A DNA stretch of 64,000 nt. Source: an uncultured Granulosicoccaceae bacterium (GTDB taxonomy: Bacteria > Pseudomonadota > Gammaproteobacteria > Granulosicoccales > Granulosicoccaceae). The notes beneath the pieces are model-generated. The model saw only the letters and a program-made list of their open reading frames with translations. It was not told the DNA's origin and did no database searches. The translations under genes were made by a program, and so were the position numbers. The stretch spans positions 6,538-70,537 of the forward strand of contig CAZOXM010000009.1 in the NCBI GenBank assembly GCA_964583825.1. Direction: 5' to 3'. Below, piece after piece: positions 28,157 through 37,954 of this stretch (within the stretch, counting starts at the first letter, position 1; every line of letters begins with the position of its first letter).

Positions 28157-28807
28157 ATGGCGAAAGCCAGCAGCCTGCCATTATTAAGTCAATACAGTGA
28201 CGTCTTCACGCGACTGCATGAAGGCAAACACGCGTGTATGGGATACGGTATGAACCGGGTCGCACTCAACCGCTACATTGTTGACAATGCCGACAGCACT
28301 TCATCCAGTGATCCCGCGAATCTGCTCAGCATGGTTGATCCCGAAAGAATTGAAGGTGATGGATCACTGGAACAAAAACACAACCACTGCAGAGAACAGT
28401 TACTGGAACTCGTCGCTCTGCAGGAAGAAATTAACACCTTGCAAAAAGTGGCGCGGGAAAAGGGTATAAACGGTGGCGTGTTGAATATTGTCGGGCAGGC
28501 TTCTATACAGAGCCCGTCGGACCACGGCGCCTCGGTGATCCACCAGCTCAGTGCGTTAATGGGCGGTGTCGGTGATTCACCTTCGGCCGCCAACAGTACA
28601 GCCGAAGTGGGTGCACCGGTTACTGCCGAGCCTCCAATGGTGGACGATGCCGCCAATGATGAGCAGGAGCCCGCGGCTGACGATGACGAACCGGTCTCGC
28701 AGCTGAATCAGCTTGTCCAGCTGATGCGGGAGCACTGGCGAACAATCAGTTTTGATGTGGTGGTGTGCTTCTTCGCGTCTCTCTTTGCCATCGGACTCGT
28801 CAGCTGA
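28157..28807 (+). CDS. Hypothetical acidic protein with a C-terminal TM tail anchor, 216 aa (start uncertain)
   Basis: Long ORF in operon orientation. Central helix REQLLELVALQEEINTLQKVAREKGINGGVLNIV (weakly DUF2312/GapR-like by eye), an acidic stretch DDAANDEQEPAADDDEP, and a terminal TM ISFDVVVCFFASLFAIGLV. Confidence 0.45.
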   Translation: MAKASSLPLLSQYSDVFTRLHEGKHACMGYGMNRVALNRYIVDNADSTSSSDPANLLSMVDPERIEGDGSLEQKHNHCREQLLELVALQEEINTLQKVAREKGINGGVLNIVGQASIQSPSDHGASVIHQLSALMGGVGDSPSAANSTAEVGAPVTAEPPMVDDAANDEQEPAADDDEPVSQLNQLVQLMREHWRTISFDVVVCFFASLFAIGLVS

Positions 28808-29067
28808 CCAGTACTATGGGCGGCTTTTCAACAGATTGCACGGTTCAATCAGCCGCTGCGGTAAGGGGGTGCTCCGACAGGTGGTGGCGTGTCGCAGCAC
28901 CGGGATCAATGGCGTGACAGGGAAGCCCCGATGACTGGACACTACAGCAGTCAGCAAGGTTGTTCTAAAAAAATGCAAAGGCCGACGAGTGTCGGCATTG
29001 CAAACAGGTTCCCCGTCTGTCGGATTGCGGTGGCTATGTTTGCCGTGACGTCCGGGCGCAGATAAGC

Positions 29068-31128
29068 GTGTACGGTTTCACGCTGTCTTCCGGCATCGGG
29101 CGAATTCCGAATATCGCTGAATTTCTCGGTGTAAGCGCCCTTTCACGTAATCCGGCTGTGTTGCTGCGAGGTGATTGTCGCGCGGTGTATTCGTGGGGGT
29201 CCAAGCCTTACAGCCGCTGGTCACAGCGCATTGCCGAACACTATGCGCTACCGCATATCCGGCTTGAGGACGGCTTTATCTGTTCCTTTGGTCATTCCTC
29301 ACGCGCTACCAAGTATTCCATTGTCGTCGACGATGTGGGTATCTACTACGATGCCACCGCGCCATCGGGGCTTGAGAATATCCTGAATGATAAAGATGAA
29401 CGATCCGCACTGTTAACCGACGCCGCTTATCTTGAACGTGCCGACGATTTGTTACAGCAAATTGTCAGCGGCAACTTCAGTAAGTACAACCATCTGTCGA
29501 CTGCCGGTGGCGATGTTCCCGATGGTGCCGTGCTGGTGATTGATCAGACGGTCGGTGATCAGTCGGTGCATTACGGTGGCATGGATCAACAGCGTTTCGA
29601 GGAAATGCTGATGGATGCGGTTGAGAATCATTCGGCTGATAAAGTGGTCGTCAAAGTGCATCCGGATGTGCTGGCCGGAAAAAAAACGGGCTACCTGACT
29701 GCACTGGCGAACCGTCTGAAGCTCAACATCCTGCATACGGACCTTACCTGCGAGCAGCTGGCGGCTTGTCGTGCCGTATACACGGGTACCTCACTGATGG
29801 GTATGGAAGCGATGCTGCGCGGTGTGAGTGTCGAGTGTTATGGTCAGCCGTTTTATGCAGGCTGGGGCCTGACCAGTGATCAGTCAAAAAATTCGCGGCG
29901 CATCCGACAGCGGTCGCTGACGGAGCTTTTTGCCGCTGCCTATCTGCTGTATCCCACCTATGTCGACCCGATCACCGGGGAGCGGGCGGAGCTCGAAAGC
30001 ACGCTTGAGCATCTGCAGGTGCAAATGGAGCAGCGCAGCAGAATCGGTCGTCAGTACACCTGTGTCGGTATCACGCCCTGGAAACGGCGTTATCTCGATC
30101 GCTATCTACAGCGATCTGACTTCACCCACCGGCATGTGTCGATCTCCGAGCTGCTGAAGGCGGACGATGTTTCACCGGCGTCTGAACAGAAGTGGCTGCT
30201 GTGGGGAAAAAAGAGTGCAGATTCAGCACTTGAGACAAAACTCCGCGACCAGCCGGTGGCAAGGATGGAAGACGGTTTTCTGCGCTCTGTCGGGCTCGGC
30301 AGCAACTTTACCGCGCCGCGATCACTGGTGATAGATGATCTGGGTATTTACTTTGATGCCACACAGCCGTCGCGGCTTGAGTATTTGCTGCAGCACTACA
30401 CCTGTACGCCATCGCAACTGACGCGGGCGTCGAATTTGATAGCGTCCCTGCTGGAAAATCGCATCAGCAAATACGACATTGCGGCAAATGATGAAGGAGA
30501 GGGGACGGCATTCTATGATCAGGCATCGGTTTTACTGGTAGTCGGCCAGGTTGATGGAGACGCGTCGCTGCGCTACGGCACGGACGAGGTGACCGGTAAC
30601 CTCCAGCTGTTGAGAGCCGTCAGAGCTGCCAATCCCGAGGCAACAATCGTGTACAAGCCACACCCGGATGTGGTCAGCGGGAATCGAAGCGATGGAATTG
30701 ATAACAAGAGTGAACTTTTGTCGCTTTGCGACAGGGTGGAAACAGAGCTGTCGATCCATATTGTGATGTGCCTGTGTGAGGAAATACACACTATGACCTC
30801 GCTGGCGGGTATGGAAGCACTACTTCTGGGCAAAAAGGTCGTTACATATGGTATGCCCTTTTACGCCGGCTGGGGCCTGACAACGGATCGATGTCAGTTT
30901 GCCCGGCGTAGCAAAAAGCTTGCTTTACAAGAGCTTGTTTATATCAGTTATATCGAATATCCGTCTTATCTCGATATTGAGTCGGGAGAGTTCACCAGCG
31001 TTGAGAAAACGATCGCGGCGCTGCTGAAAGAACGGAACGGCACCGCGAGTTCACTGACAGCCGGCGGGTTTGGAAAATACGTGAACATGGTTCGCAATAT
31101 CAAGAAAGGTCTGACATATGCCGCGTAA
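29068..31128 (+). CDS. kpsC: Capsule polysaccharide modification protein KpsC (tandem beta-Kdo-transferase-type Capsule_synth domains)
   Basis: Two homologous halves. Half 1: HIRLEDGFICSFG / VVKVHPDV / GMEAMLRGVSVECYGQPFYAGWGLT. Half 2: ARMEDGFLRSVG / VYKPHPDV / GMEALLLGKKVVTYGMPFYAGWGLT. 686 aa. Confidence 0.9.
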   Translation: MYGFTLSSGIGRIPNIAEFLGVSALSRNPAVLLRGDCRAVYSWGSKPYSRWSQRIAEHYALPHIRLEDGFICSFGHSSRATKYSIVVDDVGIYYDATAPSGLENILNDKDERSALLTDAAYLERADDLLQQIVSGNFSKYNHLSTAGGDVPDGAVLVIDQTVGDQSVHYGGMDQQRFEEMLMDAVENHSADKVVVKVHPDVLAGKKTGYLTALANRLKLNILHTDLTCEQLAACRAVYTGTSLMGMEAMLRGVSVECYGQPFYAGWGLTSDQSKNSRRIRQRSLTELFAAAYLLYPTYVDPITGERAELESTLEHLQVQMEQRSRIGRQYTCVGITPWKRRYLDRYLQRSDFTHRHVSISELLKADDVSPASEQKWLLWGKKSADSALETKLRDQPVARMEDGFLRSVGLGSNFTAPRSLVIDDLGIYFDATQPSRLEYLLQHYTCTPSQLTRASNLIASLLENRISKYDIAANDEGEGTAFYDQASVLLVVGQVDGDASLRYGTDEVTGNLQLLRAVRAANPEATIVYKPHPDVVSGNRSDGIDNKSELLSLCDRVETELSIHIVMCLCEEIHTMTSLAGMEALLLGKKVVTYGMPFYAGWGLTTDRCQFARRSKKLALQELVYISYIEYPSYLDIESGEFTSVEKTIAALLKERNGTASSLTAGGFGKYVNMVRNIKKGLTYAA

Positions 31129-32431
31129 CGTGCTGCTACTACAGGGACCCGTAGGGCCTTTTTTTCGCAAATTTGCTATTCAGCTTGAACAGAACGGACA
31201 CAACGTATTAAAAGTCAATCTGAATGGCGGCGATTATTGCTTCTATCAGCGTGGCAATTACATTAATTATCGCAACACCCCGGCCCTGTGGCCCTTCTGG
31301 ATCGAATCGATTATCGTTCAGCGCGAAATCGAACGTATCTACCTGTTTGGCGACTGCCGGCGGTACCATCGTCAGGCGATTGCAGTAGCGGAACGCCTGG
31401 GCGTGGAGGTGTTTGTTTTTGAAGAGGGTTACGTCAGGCCGAACTACACGACGCTTGAACGCGGCGGGGTAAACGGTTACTCGGCAGCGTTCGACAAAGA
31501 AAAATATGTGCAGGCACTCGACAGCGTATCCGGTGAGGAATCGGACAACGTGACATCCGCGCCGGTACGCAGTGTGTTTGTCAGCGCGGCTTTCAGTGCG
31601 ATGAAGTATTACCTCGCCAGTGCGGCAATGAGAAGAGTCTTTCCGGCCTATGAGCACCACCGCTCGCTGAAGGTGATACCCGAAGGCCTGTGCTGGATTC
31701 GATCTGGCATGCGAAAGCTGATTTGTAATGTCACCGAGCGTCGCATCGGATCAAAGCTGAGCAGCGGCGAAGTACCATACTTTCTGGTGCCGCTGCAGGT
31801 ACACAACGACACGCAGGTGACGCAGCACTCGGACTTCGGGTCGGTTGAGTCGTTTATTGAACGTGTCATCGTATCGTTTGCCGCAGCGTCTGAAAATACT
31901 CATCTGGTGTTTAAGCATCACCCCTATGACCGGGGCTATAAGTGCTACAAAAAACACATTCAGCGACTCGCGCGTCAGCACAATATTGAAAAACAGGTTA
32001 TCTATGTGCACGATGTGGATTTGCCCGCGCTGCTCCGCAATGCAAGCGGATCTGTGTTGATCAACAGTACGGTCGGAATCTCTTCGCTGTACCATCAAAC
32101 GCCGGTAATGGCGATGGGTAACGCGATTTACGATCTGCCCGGTTTAACTTACCAGGGCAAACTGGAGGCTTTCTGGCAGAATCCGGGTGAGGTTGATAAA
32201 ACGCTTTTTCACAAATTCCGCAACCACTTGATCAACACCACCCAGATCAATGGCAGCGTATACACTGAAGTCGAAGGTGATTGTGGTGCGTCGGGTATGG
32301 TCTGGTCGGATGATATGTTCAGAACTCATATTCAGGCAACGCACCACAATGTAATTGATCTTGAGGAGCGCAGATCCACCGAGCAGCCGGCAGTTGAAGC
32401 AGAAGCCCCGAATAAGCTCGCAGTGCAGTAG
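31118..32431 (+). CDS. kpsS: Capsule polysaccharide modification protein KpsS (Capsule_synth domain)
   Basis: LLLQGPVGPFFRKFA..., FKHHPYDRG, INSTVGISSLYHQTPVMAMGNAIYDLPGLT. 11-nt overlap with kpsC. Confidence 0.9.
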   Translation: MPRNVLLLQGPVGPFFRKFAIQLEQNGHNVLKVNLNGGDYCFYQRGNYINYRNTPALWPFWIESIIVQREIERIYLFGDCRRYHRQAIAVAERLGVEVFVFEEGYVRPNYTTLERGGVNGYSAAFDKEKYVQALDSVSGEESDNVTSAPVRSVFVSAAFSAMKYYLASAAMRRVFPAYEHHRSLKVIPEGLCWIRSGMRKLICNVTERRIGSKLSSGEVPYFLVPLQVHNDTQVTQHSDFGSVESFIERVIVSFAAASENTHLVFKHHPYDRGYKCYKKHIQRLARQHNIEKQVIYVHDVDLPALLRNASGSVLINSTVGISSLYHQTPVMAMGNAIYDLPGLTYQGKLEAFWQNPGEVDKTLFHKFRNHLINTTQINGSVYTEVEGDCGASGMVWSDDMFRTHIQATHHNVIDLEERRSTEQPAVEAEAPNKLAVQ

Positions 32432-32749
32432 CCGTTAGGCTGAATAATTCACAGTGCAAATGTCTGTTTCCATAGGTCTACAACGCCTTTCGGAACCATT
32501 TTATCTTGCGCAGTGTGGCTATTCACCATCAGTCGAAAATAGGGGGCTTCATATTTCGCCTGATCAAGCTCGGCGCGTGGCGGGCTACGCTTCTCATTCG
32601 ATCAAGCGACCTGTTTGCCCTGTTGCTGCTGAATGTCGAATCATCATGAATAATGCAGGTTGTTCTTACGCGACGAAAATAAAGGCATATTCAGGCGCAA
32701 TCCAGTGCGCTCGCAGTAGCGGAGGTTCTGCCGCGCAGACTCCTAGCGG

Positions 32750-33925
32750 TCAGCCGCTGGCCGCCAGTTTAAATTCAATCATACCGGCACTGATCAGTGC
32801 CTGATGCTGTTGCTTGATTGTTAACACCTTGTTGTTGCCGGCCAATGCCGATTGCAGCTGGTCGTGCGCCCGGGCTTCGATGCGCTGTCGCAACAGGTCG
32901 TTGTTTTCATACGGTGCAATCAGGGTTTTCGCTTCGCTGAACCCGGTGTATTCGCAGGTACTGCAGCCATTGGCGTAGTTCAGCGTACTGTTTGCATCGA
33001 TACCATTCTCTTTGAGCAAGCGGGCTTCGAGTTGGCCGGGTTGTTGGGCCAGCGCGCAGTGGGGGCAAATCAGCCAGACCCGGTCGATCTCCACCAGGGT
33101 GCTGATATTGGTGGCCAGCTGGCGTTCGCTATGGGACAGATCAGACAGTTGCCGGATTGCGTCCGGCAGACTGTGTGCCTGAACGAACAGGCAGGCCCGT
33201 TGATAGCGTGAGACGAGGCCGTTCAACAGTTCGCTGTTGCGCGTCTGCTGCCAGTCGATGAATACATGCGATGTGTCGTCGGGTACGACATAGAGCCCGC
33301 CGGAGACTACCTGATTAATCCGTGAGATCGTTTTTCTTGGTGCGGACTCAAACGAGACCACCTTTTCATCGAGCGCGGTCAGTTCTCCGAGCAGTGCGTA
33401 GTACAAGTCGCATAACAGTTCTGACGATCTGCCACTGATAATCATCAATCCGCCATCTTTTCGATGCAATTGCTGTCGCAGCACCATGAGAGCGTTTGGA
33501 TCAAGCGTAGTCTGCTCCAGTGATTCGGGAATATTGCGCTGGTGATGCAGACGGATGATAAGCACCTGGCCGCGCAGTGCCTCGTACCAGCTGCATTCGA
33601 TCTGGCATTCCACCTGTCCGATCGAAATGTGTGACACCAGACCAGTGTCGGTTACGGTCGCGGTCGGCAGGGATTGCTGCAGATACTGGATAAGATCACT
33701 GGCGAAAGTCGCCGAGTCGAGCTTTTGCTCCGACAACAAACCGTGGGCGCGCGTTCGAATGCGACAGAAGCCGTCCTCCTGTTCGACATGGATCACACGG
33801 ACCTGGCGGTGCAGGGAATCATCGAGAAACTGCGACCACAGCCTGGCGCAGTCGAGGCCCACCGCGTTGTCGCCACGGTTCTCCGGTTCGATTTTTCTGG
33901 TGTCGCGCTGGACAGAATGGCGCAT
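32750..33925 (-). CDS. GspE/PilB (T2SS/T4P ATPase)-family protein with degenerate nucleotide-binding motifs, 391 aa
   Basis: Family-wide collinearity: VRVIHVEQEDGFCRIRTRAHGLL (compare DIHiEp...vR.R.DG.L), GQVLIIRLH, LICPHCA ... NGCSTCEYTGF (the tetra-Cys region). Where Walker A GPTGSGKT is expected, the sequence reads GLMIISGRSSELLCDLYYAL (codons 33413-33436, checked on the DNA). Confidence 0.6.
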   Translation of the reverse strand: MRHSVQRDTRKIEPENRGDNAVGLDCARLWSQFLDDSLHRQVRVIHVEQEDGFCRIRTRAHGLLSEQKLDSATFASDLIQYLQQSLPTATVTDTGLVSHISIGQVECQIECSWYEALRGQVLIIRLHHQRNIPESLEQTTLDPNALMVLRQQLHRKDGGLMIISGRSSELLCDLYYALLGELTALDEKVVSFESAPRKTISRINQVVSGGLYVVPDDTSHVFIDWQQTRNSELLNGLVSRYQRACLFVQAHSLPDAIRQLSDLSHSERQLATNISTLVEIDRVWLICPHCALAQQPGQLEARLLKENGIDANSTLNYANGCSTCEYTGFSEAKTLIAPYENNDLLRQRIEARAHDQLQSALAGNNKVLTIKQQHQALISAGMIEFKLAASG

Positions 33926-34004
33926 AGGTTACTGCCGCTGGTTGAACACCTCTATAGCGGCAGTTTTATCCGGCCTCTTTGAAAAATGCGTAGGCGTGTG
34001 CGAA

Positions 34005-35531
34005 TTATCTGAAATACACCGGCTGTGCCTCGCCGCTGGCGATTTTCTGTCGCCAGATTGCAGGTCCGGTCTGGTGGACGGCCTCACCGGTACTGTCGAC
34101 GGCGACGGTGACCGGCATATCTTTCACGATGAACTCATGGATAGCTTCCATACCCAGATCCTCAAACGCAATTATCCTGGCTGAGGTAATCGCCCGGGAA
34201 ACCAGATAAGCCGCACCGCCCACGGCCATCAGATAGACCGATTGATGTTTTTTTATCGCGTCAATGCCGGCGGGTCCGCGCTCTGCCTTACCTACCATGC
34301 CGAGCAGGCCGGTTTCGGCGAGCATCATCTCGGTAAATTTATCCATTCGTGTAGAGGTGGTCGGCCCGGCCGGACCGACGGCTTCATCGCGCACTGCATC
34401 AACCGGCCCCACGTAGTAAATCAGCTTGCCGGTGAGGTCGACCGGAAGTGGCTCGCCTTTGTCCAGCAGTTCCTTGATTCGCTTGTGTGCGGCATCTCGT
34501 CCGGTGAGTAAGGTGCCCGATAACAACAGGGTTTCACCCGGTTTAAAGGTTTGCACCTGTTCCGCAGTCAGGGTGTCGAGGTCGACGGACCGGGCGCTCG
34601 GTCCGATATCCCAGGTGATTTGCGGCCAGTCGTCGAGTGACGGGGGCGTTTGCAGACCCGGACCACTGCCGTCGAGGACGAAGTGTGCGTGGCGGGTAGC
34701 GGCGCAGTTGGGAATCATCGTCACCGGCAGCGAGGCGGCGTGGGTCGGGTAGTCGGCGATCTTTACATCGAGCACGGTAGTCAGACCACCCAGCCCCTGC
34801 GCACCAATGCCGAGGGCGTTGACCTGTTCAAAGATCTCCAGTCGCAGTTCCTCGATGCGACTGGCCGGTCCGCGCGCCTGTAGTTCATGGATATCGATCG
34901 GGTCCATCAGTACCTGCTTTGCCAGCACCGCTGACTTCTCCGAGGTGCCGCCAATGCCGATCCCCAGCATCCCCGGCGGACACCAGCCGGCACCCATGGT
35001 CGGTACCGTATTGACTACCCAGTCGACGATGCTGTCACTCGGGTTCAGCATCACCATTTTTGATTTGTTTTCCGAACCGCCGCCTTTGGCGGCGATATCG
35101 ACCTCCACCTTGTCACCGGCAACAATGTCGATATGAATCACGGCAGGGGTATTGTCGCGAGTATTTTTTCGCGCGCCGGCCGGGTCGTCCAGAATAGAAG
35201 CTCGCAGTGTGTTGTCCGGGTGCAGATACGCGCGGCGAACCCCTTCGTTGATCATGTCGGTCGGAGTCATTGATCCCTCCCACCGCACATCCATGCCCAC
35301 TTTGACAAAGACGGTGACAATACCAGTGTCCTGGCAGATCGGGCGGTGGCCTTCGGCGCAGAGTCGGCTGTTGATGAGTATTTGTGCCATGGCGTCTTTG
35401 GCCGGCTTGGCTTCTTCGCGCAGGTAGGCCTCGTGCACCGCGTCGATAAAATCTTTCGGGTGGTAGTAGGAGATGAACTGCAAGGCGTCGGCGACGCTGT
35501 CGATCAAGTGATCCTGATGTATGGTGGTCAT
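34005..35531 (-). CDS. Class I (Fe-S) fumarate hydratase, fused alpha/beta type, 508 aa
   Basis: [18 protein letters not shown]...[17 protein letters not shown]...GGGSENKSK in the N-domain, and [12 protein letters not shown]...AVGGAAYL in the C-domain. Confidence 0.9.
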   Translation of the reverse strand: MTTIHQDHLIDSVADALQFISYYHPKDFIDAVHEAYLREEAKPAKDAMAQILINSRLCAEGHRPICQDTGIVTVFVKVGMDVRWEGSMTPTDMINEGVRRAYLHPDNTLRASILDDPAGARKNTRDNTPAVIHIDIVAGDKVEVDIAAKGGGSENKSKMVMLNPSDSIVDWVVNTVPTMGAGWCPPGMLGIGIGGTSEKSAVLAKQVLMDPIDIHELQARGPASRIEELRLEIFEQVNALGIGAQGLGGLTTVLDVKIADYPTHAASLPVTMIPNCAATRHAHFVLDGSGPGLQTPPSLDDWPQITWDIGPSARSVDLDTLTAEQVQTFKPGETLLLSGTLLTGRDAAHKRIKELLDKGEPLPVDLTGKLIYYVGPVDAVRDEAVGPAGPTTSTRMDKFTEMMLAETGLLGMVGKAERGPAGIDAIKKHQSVYLMAVGGAAYLVSRAITSARIIAFEDLGMEAIHEFIVKDMPVTVAVDSTGEAVHQTGPAIWRQKIASGEAQPVYFR

Positions 35532-35643
35532 AACAAACCTGCGCGTGGGGTAACAGTGGCTAATATAGCGCGTGTGGAGATGAATGCCATCTCTGGCTGG
35601 TGCGGGGCAGCGTGTGGTGTATCGAGGTTCGCGGCCGGGGTGC

Positions 35644-35672
35644 TTGACTGCCCCAGGCGGTTGTGGATTAAT
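35644..35672 (+). promoter_or_regulatory. Candidate sigma70 promoter for trpE
   Basis: TTGACT (35644-35649), a 17-nt spacer, then ATTAAT (35667-35672), about 150 nt upstream of the trpE ATG. Confidence 0.4.
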
Positions 35673-35825
35673 GGCCGCGACGTTAAGTGCAAATTACAGG
35701 CAACCCTGACATGGGCTCGAGTACCGACAATCAGCGTTCCGTGCCGTGGCGATGGCGAAGCAAAAACGCCATCCGCCCGCAATGCTGTTTTGTACCCGCT
35801 CAACTGTCCTGCTCAGAGTTCCGAC

Positions 35826-37364
35826 ATGAAAACCAGCCAAGGTTCCAACCCACCAAGCACAACCTCACCAACACCTGACAGTTCCGGGGCTGTGGTTCCC
35901 CGCTCCGTGCTGACCCGGGAGATACTCGCAGATCTCGATACCCCGGTTTCTACCTACCTCAAAGTCGCCAATCAAACGAACACCTACTTGTTTGAATCCG
36001 TCACCGGCGGAGACAAGTGGGGGCGGTACTCAATCATCGGACTGCCATGTCGCGAGTCTGTATGCGTACACGGCAGACGGGTCAGCCGCCTGATCGATGG
36101 CGCGGTCGTGGAGGAATTGACGGTAGCGGACCCGCTGCACTGGATCGAACAGTTTCACGCGCAGTTTTTTCACAATGACTATGAAGGTCTGCCTCGTTTT
36201 GTCGGTGGGCTGGTCGGCTACTTCGGCTATGAAACGATTGCCTATATTGAACAGAAACTTGGCGGAGTGGATAAACCTGACCCGCTGGGTACGCCGGACA
36301 TTACGCTGCTTGTGTCGAACGAAGTCATCGTATTCGACAATTTGCTGGGCAAACTTCAAATTGTTATTCACGTCGAACGTGGTAGTGAATCGCAGGGGCA
36401 TGCACGACTGGACGAGATAGAAAAGGCGCTTCGTGCTCCACGGCCTGACTCACCACCGCACACCGCACGCGAGCTGGATGCAGCAGCGTTTACCTCTTCC
36501 TTTGGACAAAACGCTTTTATTGCAGGGGTTGAGACGATTCGTGACTACATCACCGCGGGTGACTGTATGCAGGTGGTGCTGGCACAAAGGCTCAGTGCGC
36601 CTTTCAGCGCAGATGCACTCAACCTTTACCGTGCTCTGCGTCTGATGAATCCCTCTCCTTATATGTACTACCTGAATTTCGGCGACTATCAGATTGTCGG
36701 GTCGTCGCCGGAGATCCTTGTGCGACTTGAAGACAACGAAGTCACTGTCAGGCCAATTGCCGGTACGCGGCCGCGCGGCGCAGATGAAGCGAAAGACATC
36801 GAACTTGAACAGAGTTTATTGGCAGATCCAAAAGAACTCGCAGAGCATCTGATGCTGATCGATCTCGGTCGCAATGACGTCGGACGTATTGCGCAAATCG
36901 GTTCGGTGGAACTGACGGAGAAAATGCTGATCGAGCGCTACTCCCATGTGATGCATATTGTGTCCAATGTGCGTGGTCAGCTGAAGCCCGGTCTGAATGC
37001 CATGGATGTTATTCGCGCGACTTTTCCCGCAGGGACCGTGAGTGGTGCACCTAAAATTCGTGCGATGGAAATTATTGATGAACTCGAGCCGATTAAGCGG
37101 GGCATCTATTCCGGCGCGGTGGGTTATCTGTCGTGGAGTGGAAACCTGGACACAGCGATCGCCATTCGCACAGCCGTCGTCAAAGATGGCGAAGTGCATG
37201 TGCAGGCCGGTGCCGGTGTGGTGTACGACTCGAATCCAGCCAGTGAATGGGATGAAACACTCAACAAGGCCAGAGCAGTGATTCAGGCGGCACGTCTTGC
37301 CGAGGCAGGGTTCGAAAGCGACGCGATCAGCGCAGTCACCTCTAACGTCAGAAGAGGTGCTTAA
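35826..37364 (+). CDS. trpE: Anthranilate synthase component I
   Basis: [13 protein letters not shown]..., chorismate-binding core IAGTRPRG...[21 protein letters not shown]...[19 protein letters not shown]...[14 protein letters not shown] 35826 chosen because the 160-codon upstream extension overlaps the fumarase gene. Confidence 0.9.
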   Translation: MKTSQGSNPPSTTSPTPDSSGAVVPRSVLTREILADLDTPVSTYLKVANQTNTYLFESVTGGDKWGRYSIIGLPCRESVCVHGRRVSRLIDGAVVEELTVADPLHWIEQFHAQFFHNDYEGLPRFVGGLVGYFGYETIAYIEQKLGGVDKPDPLGTPDITLLVSNEVIVFDNLLGKLQIVIHVERGSESQGHARLDEIEKALRAPRPDSPPHTARELDAAAFTSSFGQNAFIAGVETIRDYITAGDCMQVVLAQRLSAPFSADALNLYRALRLMNPSPYMYYLNFGDYQIVGSSPEILVRLEDNEVTVRPIAGTRPRGADEAKDIELEQSLLADPKELAEHLMLIDLGRNDVGRIAQIGSVELTEKMLIERYSHVMHIVSNVRGQLKPGLNAMDVIRATFPAGTVSGAPKIRAMEIIDELEPIKRGIYSGAVGYLSWSGNLDTAIAIRTAVVKDGEVHVQAGAGVVYDSNPASEWDETLNKARAVIQAARLAEAGFESDAISAVTSNVRRGA

Positions 37365-37366
37365 CT

Positions 37367-37954
37367 ATGTTAATGATGATCGATAACTACGACTCCTTTA
37401 CCTACAACCTGGTGCAGTACTTTGGTGAGCTCGGTGCCGATGTCACGGTCGAGAGAAACGATTGTGTGATGGTGCAGGAGGTTGCCGAAGCCGCACTTGA
37501 GTACCTGGTGATTTCTCCGGGCCCCTGTACGCCGGAGCAGGCGGGTATTTCAGTCGATCTGATTAACTCGCTGGCCGGCCGTGTACCGATACTGGGCGTG
37601 TGCCTTGGCATGCAATGTATCGGCACCGCCTTTGGTGCCAACATCGTACGCGCTGCCGAAATCATGCACGGCAAGACTTCCGAGGTGTACCACAGCGGTC
37701 AGGGTGTATTTACCGGGCTGCCGAATCCGCTGGTGACCACCAGGTATCATTCACTGGCTATTGAAAAATCCTCCATTCCGGACTGTCTTGAGGTGACCGC
37801 GTGGACCGGTTCACCCGATGGTGAAATAGCTGAGATCATGGGGGTGCGCCACCGCGAACTCGCCGTTGAGGGGGTGCAGTTTCATCCAGAGTCGATACTT
37901 ACCGAAAAAGGGCATGACATGCTCAACAACTTTCTCAAAGGTCGAAAGCAATGA
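37367..37954 (+). CDS. trpG: Anthranilate synthase component II (glutamine amidotransferase)
   Basis: [16 protein letters not shown], nucleophile [15 protein letters not shown]. Confidence 0.9.
   Translation: MLMMIDNYDSFTYNLVQYFGELGADVTVERNDCVMVQEVAEAALEYLVISPGPCTPEQAGISVDLINSLAGRVPILGVCLGMQCIGTAFGANIVRAAEIMHGKTSEVYHSGQGVFTGLPNPLVTTRYHSLAIEKSSIPDCLEVTAWTGSPDGEIAEIMGVRHRELAVEGVQFHPESILTEKGHDMLNNFLKGRKQ

Noticed and set aside
32454-32804. 116-aa ORF in the 318-nt gap after kpsS
   Set aside because: No RBS and no recognisable features, and it overlaps the 3' end of the convergent GspE-like gene. Left unannotated.
13060-34004. Genomic-island boundaries (tRNA, integrase, direct repeats) around the secretin-kps-GspE-like block
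   Set aside because: No tRNA gene, integrase or flanking direct repeat was recognised. The island hypothesis rests only on gene content and is reported as inference in the findings.
33555-34184. 209-aa plus-strand ORF
   Set aside because: It spans the intergenic gap and lies antisense to both the GspE-like gene and the fumarase 3' end. No motifs.
35346-35825. 160-codon upstream extension of trpE in the ORF track
   Set aside because: It overlaps the fumarase gene start on the other strand and has no TrpE-like sequence. ATG 35826 gives a normal-length TrpE.
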